A program made the position numbers and the translations under genes. DNA of 63,896 bases, filler included, from Folioceros fuciformis (lineage: Eukaryota), in NCBI GenBank assembly GCA_049999805.1. It is 5 parts of 4 records of this genome, joined end to end, with 100 filler letters (N's around TTAATTAATTAA, not from the genome) between each part and the next. Parts side by side here need not be neighbours in the genome. Positions count along the whole stretch, not along the records: positions 1 to 14,145 come from JBNGIO010006311.1; 4 more parts are not named here. One strand, 5' to 3'. The notes beneath the pieces were generated by a model. It did no database searches. It saw nothing but the letters and a program-made list of their open reading frames with translations, and was not told where the DNA came from. Of this stretch, positions 1-12,091 are shown piece after piece. Position 1 is the first letter of the stretch. Each line of letters opens with the position of its first letter.

Positions 1-2567
1 TTGGGGAAGTTGGGGAAGTATTATCAATGCGCCTTAGCAGCACTTCTTACTTATTTTATCTTTGCCATATAATAACAAGGATGCAAGATGGCAGCTTTGG
101 CGAAGTTGGGGAAGTATTATTAGGCCCGCTCCTTTTGCTAAAGCCCATTGGCTTAGTCAGCACTTGTTACTTGTTACTTGTTTCATCTATGCCCTGCAGC
201 AACAAGGGTGCATATGCTAGCTCGGGGGGAGTATTATCAGGCCCGCTCCTTTTGCTAAGCCAACACTTGTGACGTATTTCATCTATACCCTATAGCAACT
301 AGGATGCAAGATACCAACTTCAAGGGAGTATCACTACCCATTTTTATGTAGACCATGATGCGTGGAAGAGCACATGAATGGTTTGCTTAACAAAGCGTAT
401 GATGCAAAGTATGAGGGTGTTTGTGTAAGGGGCTCCTTGGGATGGGGATCACTATGGTTTTATTATGTGATTTGTGCACCCGAGTTTGGCTCTCCGTAAA
501 CTATACCGTAACATCTGTTCACCGTACAATGATGTATAAATTACTGCAAAAGAAATTTATATAAGATTTATTTTTATACAGAGAAATTGAATACTAATTA
601 GAATGAAGCTATGTACATAAACTTCAGAGCGCAATGTGTGAGGTTCATGGAAGCAACTTGATTGAGACCTACGGCTGCCCCGATTACAAGATGTCGATTT
701 ATTTCGATTGAGGGCCGTACAACTTCCCTCCACGTTTTCCTGCCTATTTATTTCTCAGCCCATCGCGGCCTCCTCCTTCCACCAGTTGCGTGCTGTGTCT
801 ACCCTTGCGTTGGCGGAGAGGAGAGCGACTTCCATTCCACGACGTCGGGTGCAAGGCGCCAGCCACCAGGCACTGGGCGGGGAGTCCGTCGAGGTGGTGG
901 AGTGAAGTGTGTGGAGGAAGCAAGCATGAGTCAGGCGCCTTCCTCCGCATACGGCGCGTGGGCCGTGTATCAGGTCGACCGCTTGGGATCGCGGTTTGGG
1001 GCTTGTGCCTCTTGCCGTTGCCAGATGTTTTGCTTGCCACCTCCAAATTTGGTTTGTCCGGTTGGCTCATTCACGTTCCCAAAGCAGTGGCTGCTTCTGT
1101 GGGCACGATTTGGGCCCTGAGCTGACCTCTCACACACAGTAGTAGTGTGGCTGCGGAGGAGTTGTACATGTCTTGGGTGCCTGACTTGCATGCATGATGC
1201 TTTTGCGCCACACACGCTGTGAAGCGGTGGGTTTTTTGAAGCCGCCGTTGTCTGAGGAGTGATGCATTGGGTTTTTGCAGTTCTTTCACGGCGCGTATGA
1301 CCCCGTGAAAGCAGCCCACTGGAACGAATCGTCGGCCGCTGGAAAGAAGATGAAGAAGGACAAGAAGAAAGAGGCTAAGCCGAAAACCGTGGTAACGGGA
1401 AAATATTCGGCTCTGCAAATCCTCACTGCTGATGAGAATGAGCCTTCGATCGCGACCATGCACTCCGCCTGCTGTGTTGTGTTGCATCTTGGCAGGTTTG
1501 ATTTCGTTTATGTCCATGATCGAAGCTGACCACGGCCCCGTCGGATTCCCCGGGCCCGTTTGCAGAACGTGGAATTGCTCTGCCGAATGTGCTGCGAATC
1601 ATGCGCCAACAGAGTGAGGCGTGCTCTGGATAGCCACAAAGGTGAGTGAGTGAGTGATGTGGAGTAGAGCCAGCTGAACAGCAGCACAGCCGGCTATGTG
1701 TTGCACTGTGAGATATCCATGTATCGGCTCTTAACGCTCGTGTGCTCTTGTTTGGGCAGCCATCATCTCTCACACGGTGGACCTTGAGCAAAGCAAGGTC
1801 ACCGTGAGTGGGCACGATTTGAAGCCAGACGACGTGCTGTGGATGGTCACCACGGCTACAGGGAAGGTGGCGGAGTATTGGCCCAAGCCCAGCACGCGCA
1901 AGAGGAACAAACGCCAGACGAAGTGAGCAGCTCCATGAATGGAACACTTTGTGTAGGTCGAAGCAGTAGCGCCTACAGGGAACAGCCGGTTCCAACTTCC
2001 CGCCTCCCGACTGCCCGGGTACCGGTACATCAATTTGATAGCGGGAAACACACACAACTTGGGTACCGTGGTGACGGATGGATAGATTGATAGGTAGCTC
2101 ACCAAAACAGGGTTTAGTTTAGCCCTTGACAGGCTGAGTGTACAAACCATCAGACCATATTTTCTATATCTATATATTCTATTTCACAAATATATATTTT
2201 ATATGCTAGTTCCAGGGTCGACAGGTGGGGGTGCGTGACTTTCACATCCACAGCCCCCAGCCCCCCGTTACCAAGGAGTTTGGAGCTTGTGTTACATACA
2301 ACAAAACAAGTGCTGTCATCCACAGTCGCCACTCTGCTCTGCTGTACACGTCTATGGACCTTCTGCCAAGTCCATGGGCTGAAACACCACACCAGAAAGG
2401 GCGGCTGCGATTGCGTGCTTCTAAAGCACGTGCCAGCTCTGAGACATGCACAGACTGTGTCACACAGACTCACCAAACTCTGCTACAATCCGACATGTAC
2501 TGCACATCAGGCAGACTGCAAGTCCGGCACTGCGATGCTCTGCCATGACACACGGGAGGGGCCCGCC
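1..2567. repeat. Direct repeat, copy 1; no differences seen versus 11579-14145
   Basis: Sequence and ORF track recur at an offset of 11578 bp. Confidence 0.95.
926..1926 (+). CDS. Small heavy-metal-associated (HMA) domain protein, HPP-like, 133 aa (copy A1)
   Basis: Exons 926-973, 1281-1391, 1566-1641, 1760-1926 with GT-AG introns give MSQAPSSAYGAWAVYQ-FFHGAYDPVKAAHWNE...KTV-NVELLCRMCCESCANRVRRALDSHK-AIISHTVDLEQSKVTVSGHDLKPDDVL...QTK*. Has the HMA CxxC motif and VDxxxxKVTVxG; no C-terminal CaaX. Confidence 0.85.
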
Positions 2568-2767
2568 AGGGGACGGCGCCCCTGCTTCGAATTCTTCCAT
2601 GGCAGCAGAGCTGCCATCTGAAACCTGAAATTAGAGTGGCCCCTGCATGCCTGCAAAGCTGACACCCCAAATTTACCATTGCTGCACAGCTTGCAAGCTG
2701 GAACCCGATGGACCTCACCATGGCCGCATACCTGCAGTGCAATGCGACACCATGGCAAAATGCATCC

Positions 2768-2850
2768 ACCACTACCACTACCACTACCACTACCACTACC
2801 ACTACCACTACCACTACCACTACCATTACCATTACCATTACCATAACCAT
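2768..2850. repeat. (ACCACT)n/(ACCATT)n hexanucleotide microsatellite
   Basis: Directly visible; produces the poly-T/poly-V/GS ORFs in the track. Confidence 0.95.
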
Positions 2851-3489
2851 GGCTGCTGCATACCTCCGATGCTACACAGCTTGCGACCTCGATCCTAATC
2901 ACCCTTACCATAGCTGCATACCTGCAATGCGACACATGGCTTGCAATCTCAGACCACGATCTTACAATGGCTGCATACCTCCAACCGCAACAGGCTCTTA
3001 CCACATATATGTCGGCCCCATGCATACCTCCACCCTGCAACCGGCGGATAGGCTAACCGTGGCTGCATTGCTGCAACCTGCGAGACCTACGATGGCTGCA
3101 TAGCTGCTTGCAACCCACGGCTGTGAAATTCGTTCGTTACGTCCGCTTTGAAAGAAGTCCAGATTAACAGTCAACCACAGCATTGCCAGTGGCCCAGGTC
3201 CTCACAATGTCAGCCATCCAATTTGCAAGTACGCTGACCACAGTTCCGTCGAAGTAGGCATGCCGTGGTGAGCTGCAGCACCCACAATTTCAGATATCCA
3301 ACTCTTGGCGGATTCAGCGCATTGCGGTTTCCATTCCAGCCCTGCAACACACAAATGCATCACCAAGTTCAAGGACACTCAGTGCGCGGGAACTGCAGAC
3401 GCAAACAGAAATCTGGACATCCGCCAGTCATTCCTTGAGCCCAACACGTCCCGGAAATGAATTCGAAGTCATCACTCGGTACCTGAGGA

Positions 3490-3575
3490 ATGGTCCGAGA
3501 CATATTTCCAAGCTGGGGTCACCCAGCTTCCTCAGGTCTGTATCCACCACTCACGAAGTGAAATCTGCACAACCA
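3490..3575 (-). pseudogene. Second decayed copy of the HMA last exon
   Basis: tgtgcag|ATTTCACTTCGTGAGTGGTGGATACAGACCTGAGGAAG aligns to exon 4 of the 5631-6734 gene (tgtgcag|ATGTCTCCTCCTTCACTGTGGACAGAGAGCTGAGGAAG), with an in-frame TGA. Confidence 0.55.
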
Positions 3576-3591
3576 AAGCACAAGAGGACGA

Positions 3592-3961
3592 GTCCCCCGA
3601 AGTGCCAGACCTATGCACCACTGGCTGAGATCGAGGAAGCTCCACAACGTTGTCAATTTTAAGGGTGACTTCTCCCCCTTCTTCCCTAGCCTAGAGTCTG
3701 AATCTGCGTACCTGCAGTGCAACATGTCGCACAATAAGAATTCCGAACCCATCCATCGAACGTGCCGAAGTCTGCAGAATCGGACCGGTCCCCCGATTTG
3801 CCGGACCTAGGCAGAACTGGCTCAGATAGGAGAAGGCCCAGAAGCTTGCCACTTTTAAGAGTGCCTTGTCCCCTTTCAGCCCTGGAGTCTGAATCCTCAT
3901 CACTGCAGCGGAAAATCGCGCACAATGAGAATTTGGAGCCCATCCACCAAACGTGACGAAG
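3592..3961. repeat. Diverged tandem duplication, 2 x about 195 bp
   Basis: 3592-3770 and 3788-3961 share gtcccccga...gaccta...ttttaag...gagtctgaatc...cgcacaat...cccatcca. Confidence 0.75.
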
Positions 3962-4109
3962 CAGAGTGCAACCCTGCGAGAACTCAACCTCCAATTCCAC
4001 CGCGTCCGCCTTGCCAGTGAGGGGACGTCGAAGCGTCTTCTGGGGATCCAGTTACAAGTTTCAGCCCTGCAACAACACGCAAACGCGTGACCAAGTTCAA
4101 GGAGTCATC

Positions 4110-4740
4110 CAGGACATGTTTCCAAGGTGGAGTCACCGCACACAGTGACCGACCAATTCGTCAGCTCTGTATCCACCGTGAACGAGGTGAAATGTGCACA
4201 ACCGAGCGTCGGTATCATAATCAGGTGATGAGGAGAGGGATGCCTTTCGTTTCCAAAGCTGTTGGTGCTCCAGGTAACTCACCCGGAGTCGTCGAACAAG
4301 GGGTCGCTGGACTCACTCTCTTCTTACACGCCGCGGAACACATGAGCAGTTCTGAGCTCCTCAGTCTGCTCAGCATGCGGTGGCCCTCAGCTCTCAAAGA
4401 CGATGACAGCCGACGTTTGCGAGCGGGTTATGACGTTTCAGAGGGAAGTTCGGGGGAAGCAACTTCTCGAAACGACTTCACAACTCACCACGTGCTGACC
4501 TGGCCTTCCTGTGGCTAATCACACCGTCATGTCTGTCGTCGGGAGCGCGCAGCACGCACGTTGTCTCGTAAGGTCCAAAGTCGAACAGCAGAAGTTGATG
4601 GAATAACTCCGACGTCAGAAGAGCCTGACCCTGGAAATCGGGCTTAATTTGTGACACTTGAAGCGCTGTGGCAAGAGCAGCGCGCAGGCAGGCAATTGCA
4701 AGCTTATGAGGCAGGAAGAGGTATCGAGGGACAGCTATGC
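4110..4740 (-). pseudogene. 5'-truncated, frameshifted HMA pseudogene (paralogue of 5631-6734)
   Basis: Remnants of intron 1 (4650-4740 resembles 6340-6440), exon 2 (ends at 4489 with gtgagttgtgaa, acceptor lost), exon 3 (4283-4365, 83 nt, TEELR/LLMCSAACKKRV, frameshifted) and exon 4 (FTSFTVDTEL, acceptor cag changed to cac). Confidence 0.7.
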
Positions 4741-5630
4741 TTTGTACAAGTGGAAATCGAAAGGAAAGCATCCAGGTTGACAAAAACCTACAATCGAATC
4801 ACTGTTGGGATGCAGTGCTATCCATGCCTGGTATCCAAAATTCCACCGGCACCCTAACGCCTGTTGTAAGAAATCCCACCACGTCAGTGGCATGACGGCT
4901 GGGATGGGGATGCACATATGTGCTCCCATCCCTTCGCGATAAAGCCCACTCTTGAGTGGGATCCCTGTTGGCTTGAACATGCATTGTACGTACATACAGT
5001 AGTACGTCCTGCACCTAATTTAAAGCGCGTAGAGACAACGACATTGACTCCCCGAATCCGACGTGCACTGCAGGTTTGTCAGCTGTCACACTGCGAATGC
5101 GGCACAGCGGCAAGGGACTGGGGATGCTCTGGTCTCCCCTGCTGAAGGGTGGGGGGGGGAGGGGTGGCGGCATGGAAGGCGAAGGGGGCCCGCCGGGGAC
5201 GCCACTCCGAATTTACTACGTCTGCATAGCTGCAAACCTCCAATTTACTATGGTCGCATCTACTGGTGCAACCTAAGTGAGATTGATTACATTTCCGCTG
5301 TGAACAGAAACCCTGATTAGCAATGTCTGTCACCTACTACATCCATAGGCAGTTCACCAGCGTCCTGGGAATCGCATCCACCCCATTCGCAAGTAAGCTG
5401 ACTGCAGCTTCGTCAGCGTAAGCCCGGCCGGCAGCCCGTCGCGAGCGGCAGCTGCAGCAATTGGCAGACATGGAACCAGTGGAATTAGCTGATTGTGCGC
5501 AGACAGGTTTCCATCCAGCATGGCATGCGCAATCACAAGCAAAGCCAGATGCCAGATTTTCAAAGAGAGATGCGACACAAGGCAAAGGTGCGTGTGAGCA
5601 GCATATACATGGAGGCAAACAGCACAAGTT

Positions 5631-6734
5631 TCAATAACGGCACTCATTTCTCGAGTTGTGATCGCCCCTCCTGGAAACTGGCCATAAATCGGTAGTCCTC
5701 TCCGAGGCATTGCGCACGATCTTGAGCACTTCTGCAGCCCGCAAGTCCTCACCGCTTACAGTCACCTTCCTCAGCTCTCTGTCCACAGTGAAGGAGGAGA
5801 CATCTGCACAGCCAAGCGTCGCCATATGCAGGTAACGAAGCGATCATGAATTAGAGCGGGCCGGGACGAGCTGACCTTTAAGCTGTTATACCAAAACTAT
5901 CGGTGTCCCGGCTACTAGCTCACCGGAGTCTTGGGACAGAGCGTCCCTCACCCTGTTCTCGCACGCCTCGCAACACATGAGGCATTTCAGCTCCACCGTC
6001 TGCTCAGCACACGGCGGCACGGTCAGCTCTCAGGCTTTACAAGGAGCGCCCTTCACAATTGGACGGTCACAGTCAGCGTTTGCAAGCGGGATACGGCATT
6101 TCAGCCGGGAGCTGGAATTGAGCAAGCTACGTTTCTCAAGAGGAGTTCACAACTCACCACTGACTTGCTCCTCCTGTTGCCAGTGCTACCGGTGCCGTCG
6201 TACCTGTAGTCGGAAGCATATGGCTCATGCCAGCGCGCGGCGCGCAGGTCATCGCGAGGCCCATAGAAGAACTGCACAGATTTATGGAACGAGTCAGACG
6301 TTAGGAGGATCTGAGTCCCTGAAAACTGCTAAAAAATATGTCACACTCCAAATGGTCCGGCAAATGCAGCAGGCGCCGGGCAGACAGGCAGTTGCAAGCT
6401 TCCAAGGCAAGAACGGGGAAGGTGGGACATGTGCTAGCTAGCGCGGGACAGGACTAGCTATGTTGTTCAGGAGTGGAAGGGGGAACATTCAGCTGCCACT
6501 TCCACGAGGACGAAAACTTGTACCAGCATCCCACAGGAGGGCATTCAAGAGCCCCAAGGGCCCCGGGTGGAGAGGGGAGGCCTCGAAAGCAGGGCACCGC
6601 TAAAGCAAAGCAAAACAAAGCGCTGCCGCTATAGCCCAACCGTAGGAAGCCAAGACCCACCCGACCTTGCGCGCTGCTACAGGGATGGCACCCACCTCGT
6701 ACAGCGACCACGCCTCGCCATTGGCCTGACTCAT
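5631..6734 (-). CDS. Small HMA domain protein, HPP-like, 133 aa (paralogue B)
   Basis: Exons 6734-6696, 6271-6158, 5999-5924, 5803-5631 give MSQANGEAWSLYE-FFYGPRDDLRAARWHE...KSV-TVELKCLMCCEACENRVRDALSQDS-DVSSFTVDRELRKVTVSGEDL...NECRY*. Intron positions and phases match copy A. Confidence 0.85.
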
Positions 6735-6884
6735 TATCTCCCGATCCACGATAAAGTATCTCAACACGCTCGCGATGGCGGATGGCGAGAGGCTAGAGTG
6801 CAAGAGGCGAGAGAGCTTAGCGACAACGCCAAGCATATCAGCGACCGGAGCGGGAATGGAGGGAGGGATCAGTCCCTTCAAAAA

Positions 6885-7053
6885 GGGTAGGGAAGGGAAG
6901 TGCGAGCACTCTAGGTTCCCCAATCCCCCGAACCTCCGCTCCTTGTGACTCTTCCTTCGTAAAGCTATTATTTAGGGTTTAGGGTCCCTTAAAAGAAACG
7001 GGTAGGGAAGGGAAGTGGGAGCACTCTAGGTTCCCCAATCTGCCGAACCTCCC
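6885..7053. repeat. Short direct repeat (2 x about 53 bp) upstream of HMA paralogue B
   Basis: gggtagggaagggaagtg.gagcactctaggttccccaatc..ccgaacctcc at about 6885 and 7001; a TTTAGGGTTTAGGG telobox-like motif lies between them. Confidence 0.8.
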
Positions 7054-7199
7054 TCCTTCCTCCTCTTTAGGGGGACGGAAGTTTCCGGGAAAGAAATACA
7101 CCCTATCAATAGAGCAACCAGCTAGCAGTAGCTGGCCAGCTGCCGACTTCCTTGTCACACACTCTTCCCATTCCATCACACATCACGGTCATTACTTGG

Positions 7200-10100
7200 T
7201 GTAAGTGCCCTTCATAACCCTGACATGCTTGGTGGCGATAAAACCGAAGCTTTGAAGCCCTAACATGTTGGATGTTGACCAACACAAACCTTTGCTAGTG
7301 GATGCCGACGCATTGGTGCCAGTACCAGCACTTAGTGCTGGTGTAGGTGGATGATGCCAGTACCAGCTCTTAGGTGGATGATGCCAGTACCAGCTCTAAG
7401 TGTTGGTGGATGACCAGCTCTAAGTGGTGGTGGATGATGCTCGTACCAGCACCAAGTCCTGGTGGCTGAATTTGGTGGGTCGATGGTCTAATTCAATTTG
7501 GACTTGTACATATATGTTTAACTTTGTGTCAACAATCTTATCTTTGTAGAGTGGTGAGTTGCGTGCATGTGCTAGTCTATGAGTACGTATGCACTGCAAG
7601 CTCATTCATGGAAGAGCTTTCTCAATTTTTGTTCGACTCACACTTGAATTGAAGTTTCCGATGTACAATCTAGGACCTGTTTTCCTTGAATCGTGGCTTG
7701 CAACCTTTCTCTTTTCCTCCACCGTGGCTTGCAACCTTTCTCTTTTCCTCCACCGTGCCCTACTCCTTCCTTCCATTCCTTATTATACAATTTTCCTCCC
7801 TCCCCTTTATTGTACTTCCCTTTTTCTTGACTCTTGACTTTGGTGGGAAAGATGTGTAACTTTTCCTCATCTCATGAAAGAGAGACTTTCACTACTCACT
7901 CTTTCATTGCCTCAATTTGCACCATGCCCAATAGTGGGCTCAACTACAACTACATTTGTATTATGTAGCGACCTCCTAGGAGCCTAAATGTGAAGATACG
8001 CGTATAATAAGCACTTATGCAATTTCATTGAGCGATCGAGTTAACAAAAAAAATTAAAACATATATTTTCTTAAAGAAGATGGAGGAATCAGCCTTTAAA
8101 ATTCATTAGATTCAACCTAATAATTCCCTCGCACTTTGGTCATGTGACAACGTTTATTAAGCAAGTTTTATGATAATGACTCTAGGTTAAATTGCCTAAT
8201 CAATCTTAGCCTCATGAGGCTGTCTCTTGTCCTTTAAATTTTTCCCTATTGTGAAAGTAGGAGATAACGATGGAGTACAAAGCCGGAATGGTAGAGTCCT
8301 TCTCCAAGTATTCCTCATTCTCCCTTAATGTGTTTCTTTCATTCTCGAATGAAAGCCGTCAAGATCCGTGGAGTGTCACTTGCACACCTCCTTAGCTATT
8401 GAAGGCTTCTTCTCCCAAGCTGATCCCTCTTCCTCCAACTTGGCCCTTTCTGCATGGGCAACCTCTATGGCTAGCTTCGTGGACTTGACCACAACTTGGC
8501 TAGGGTCGTCCATTCTATAGCTACTAGGAGGACCTTATAAACTTTAGTGATGCTAAGTATGCACTTTCCAGATGGGCATTCGGAAAGTGCATACTCAGCT
8601 TCTACCTATAGCTCCACCATTTGAGCTCAAGTGGTGGAGTTCTATGCTGCCTTCCTTGGCCACTTCCTGGGAGATAGTCCATGCGAGCCCTTCTACTACT
8701 ACCGCCACTACCTTCTTGGTTGCCTCGAATGTTCTTACGGCTTATGCTCACACCGTCGAAATTATGTCTTATTAGAGTCCAACACATAGGCCTTGTGGAG
8801 CTGCTTTGGGTTCGATGTTGCACCCTTGATGAGCTCCTATGAGGTTCATGATCTTGGGAGGGTTACCTTCCTAGCCATAGCCTCATCCTCTGGCGTTGGG
8901 GTTGCCACCCGAACCCTCCCTGTTGGGGGAGATGGCAAACGAGAGGAGGCTTTCTTCTTCCTCTAGACCGCAAAGGGAATGCGGTTTAATGTGGGTATTG
9001 CTAGCTCCCTCCTACTCCTAGGAGCTAGTCTCACTTTGCCTTGAAAGCATCTTGCCGGACCTCTTCTAGCCAAAACGCTCATTGGGTGTACATGACGAGA
9101 GCCCAATTTGGTGCAATTGTGGCCCTCTCTTTCCATTTGCCTTAGGCCTCTAGGTGCGTAGTTAATGGCTATTCCAGATCTGGCGTAGCAGCTTCTGATG
9201 CAGTAAGTTACTCTAGCCATTAGTAGGTCGCTTGATGGTTAGATCGTGAATCAAAACCTACGCTTTTGCCATCTTTGGGGAGGATGTTGTCTACAGTTGC
9301 CTACCGTTGCTTAGGCACAACTGTTTTCTTCTTCTTGGCTGGCTTTTCCTCCCTCCCTAGCTCTATAGCCCTACTTGTGGCTTGGCTTAATCCATTCAAC
9401 ACCACTCGTGGATTGCCCCTTCACCACACTTTAGTGAGAGCATCATTCCTACCCTGACTACTTTCTCCTTTGGATCCTCTCCACTCTTCAAGTAGATGAG
9501 GATCAAAGTGAAGACGAGCAAGAGAAGGTTCTCCTGTTGGAAGCATTTTGTCTCCTTCTACATCCAAATTATGATCCCCAAGCCACACCCAATCCATCCT
9601 CTTAGAGCATCTGCACCGTCCATAAGGAGAGGTCGATCCTCAAGGTCCTACTATAGCCCATCTCCTCTTTGTGTACGTTCTCAACGGCCTGATGCAATTG
9701 AAAGTCTAACATGCGTGGAAGATACCGAGATGCCACTTCTCCATAAGATTGTCTGTTTTGTCTTAGACTATCCAACGCGCAAAATCAACATGGTACCTTA
9801 ATTACCTTGATGTTGCGCTATTCAAGAGGACATCAGTATGGACCCAAAGAGCTCGCAATGAGAACCTCAGCAGCTGCTTTGGGCCAAGAAGAGCACGCGA
9901 CAAGAGAGACTTACTCCCATAGGGAAACTACCTACCAGAGAGGGGGTAGGGAACCGACCTACGAGAGAGGGGGTAGGAAACCGACCTACTAGTGAACCAA
10001 CTTTTGTAAGTGTGCATTGACATCTTGGCGGGAGGTGGACATGCAAGTGCCTTTTTGTTGCCGATCGCACAGGTTTTTGTGGTGTCTAATTGGGAGTGTT

Positions 10101-12091
10101 GGATGTAGGGAGACAAGTAGTTGGATCGTTGTGCAAGGTGTTGTAAGGAGTCTTGTGAAGAAAGGGGTATTGGGTGTAGGTAGTTCGAAATCAATAGGAG
10201 GAGTACTGGGGTCCTTCTAAATAAAGGAATGGTGCCTTCCTACTGACTGGACGTGTCGTAGGATTGGTAGGTACGCGATTGTGAAGGTTGAGAATGTCGT
10301 AGCTGAATGATAAATGTAGGGAGAGGGAGCTGACCAGGCTCGAAGGGGGGCAATTCTGAGGAAGCCTACAACGATCGTGGGATTGATGTGGCCACGACAA
10401 ATGTGAGCAGGTGTCTGGTAGGGGTACCATACCTGCTCGCCCACAGAGCATAGAAGGGAACTCAGAAGCAAGGTAGCTCACACCTTTAAGCCCTGGAGGG
10501 ACTTGGGGCGAGAGAGGAAGGAAAGTAAGTTGACACCACACACGAAAGAAGGGGGCAGGCTGAGACACCTTAAGCCCTTGGGGGACTTGGGGCAAGAGAG
10601 GAAGGAAAGTAAGTTGACACCGCACACGAAAGAAAGGGGAAGGTTGAGGATGCTAGGAGCATAAGGAAGCAACGAGAGCGAAATGAGAATGGGGAGTCTA
10701 AGTAGTGAGGAGAAAGGGTTGCAATGGCTGCATGAGATTACTTCCATTGTGGGTGATGTTAATATGACGTATGTGCCCTAGTTCTAAGCCATTCTCTCCT
10801 AGTGCTTCTTTCTAGCGAAATGCCATCCCAAGCGATTGTATTACTGTCAATGGTGCATTTAAGTAGGCTCTTGTCACCATGCCTTGTCATCGCTGTGTCA
10901 TGCCTATGCTCAAGAGTACTTCGCTTCCCAGCTCTTTCCTAGGGCTTCTTTCCAGCGAAATGCCACCCCAAGTGCTTGTATTGCTGTCAATGGTGCATTT
11001 AAGTAGGGATCTTGCCACCATGCCTTGTCATCCTTGTTTCATGCCCATGCTCAAGAGTACTCACCTTCCCCTCTTTGGAGTATGCTTTGCTAATGCTTCT
11101 TTCTAGCAAAATGCCACCCCACGTGCTTTCATTATCGTCAATGGTGCATTTTGGTAGGCTCTTGCCATCATGCCTCATCATCAGCATGTCATGCCCACGC
11201 TCAAGAGTACTCCCCTCCCCTCTTTGGAGTATGCTTCAAGCTTCCGATAGCTAAGCTAGTGCTGTCTGTTGGTGAACCATCTAACAAGCTTGGACCAACC
11301 AGCTCCAACAAGGTCCATTGTAGCTAGGTGAACCATCCAACAAGCTTAGACCATCCACCTTCGACAAGGGCTATTGTAGCGAACTTTGACAAAGTCCACT
11401 TGTTAGAAATTCATTAGACTCTTGTTCCATGAAAGGCTCGATCCACATTATTAGGCCCGCTCCTTTTTTGCTAAGGCCCATTGGCTTAGTCAGCACTTCT
11501 TACTTATCAATGGGCCTTAGTAGCACTTCTTACTTATTTTATCTTTGCCATATAATAACAAGGATGCANNNNNNNNNNTTGGGGAAGTTGGGGAAGTATT
11601 ATCAATGCGCCTTAGCAGCACTTCTTACTTATTTTATCTTTGCCATATAATAACAAGGATGCAAGATGGCAGCTTTGGCGAAGTTGGGGAAGTATTATTA
11701 GGCCCGCTCCTTTTGCTAAAGCCCATTGGCTTAGTCAGCACTTGTTACTTGTTACTTGTTTCATCTATGCCCTGCAGCAACAAGGGTGCATATGCTAGCT
11801 CGGGGGGAGTATTATCAGGCCCGCTCCTTTTGCTAAGCCAACACTTGTGACGTATTTCATCTATACCCTATAGCAACTAGGATGCAAGATACCAACTTCA
11901 AGGGAGTATCACTACCCATTTTTATGTAGACCATGATGCGTGGAAGAGCACATGAATGGTTTGCTTAACAAAGCGTATGATGCAAAGTATGAGGGTGTTT
12001 GTGTAAGGGGCTCCTTGGGATGGGGATCACTATGGTTTTATTATGTGATTTGTGCACCCGAGTTTGGCTCTCCGTAAACTATACCGTAACA
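7200..12091. mobile_element. Degenerate repeat-rich transposon-like relic (possibly LTR retroelement-derived)
   Basis: No intact ORF; stop-interrupted coding-like remnants on the minus strand; several internal tandem arrays (7330-7450, 9925-9990, 10479-10635, 10802-11232, 11270-11390, 11450-11900); possible LTR-type terminus ...CCGTAACA at 12091 (and 513). No RT/INT motif recognised. Confidence 0.4.
10802..11232. repeat. Tandem array, 3 x about 140-150 bp
   Basis: aaatgcca.ccca...tcaatggtgcattt...ctcaagagtact recurs near 10817, 10957 and 11108. Confidence 0.85.

Noticed and set aside
2470-3103. ORFs with poly-V, poly-T, GS or HY tracts
   Set aside because: These are translations of the (ACCACT)n microsatellite.
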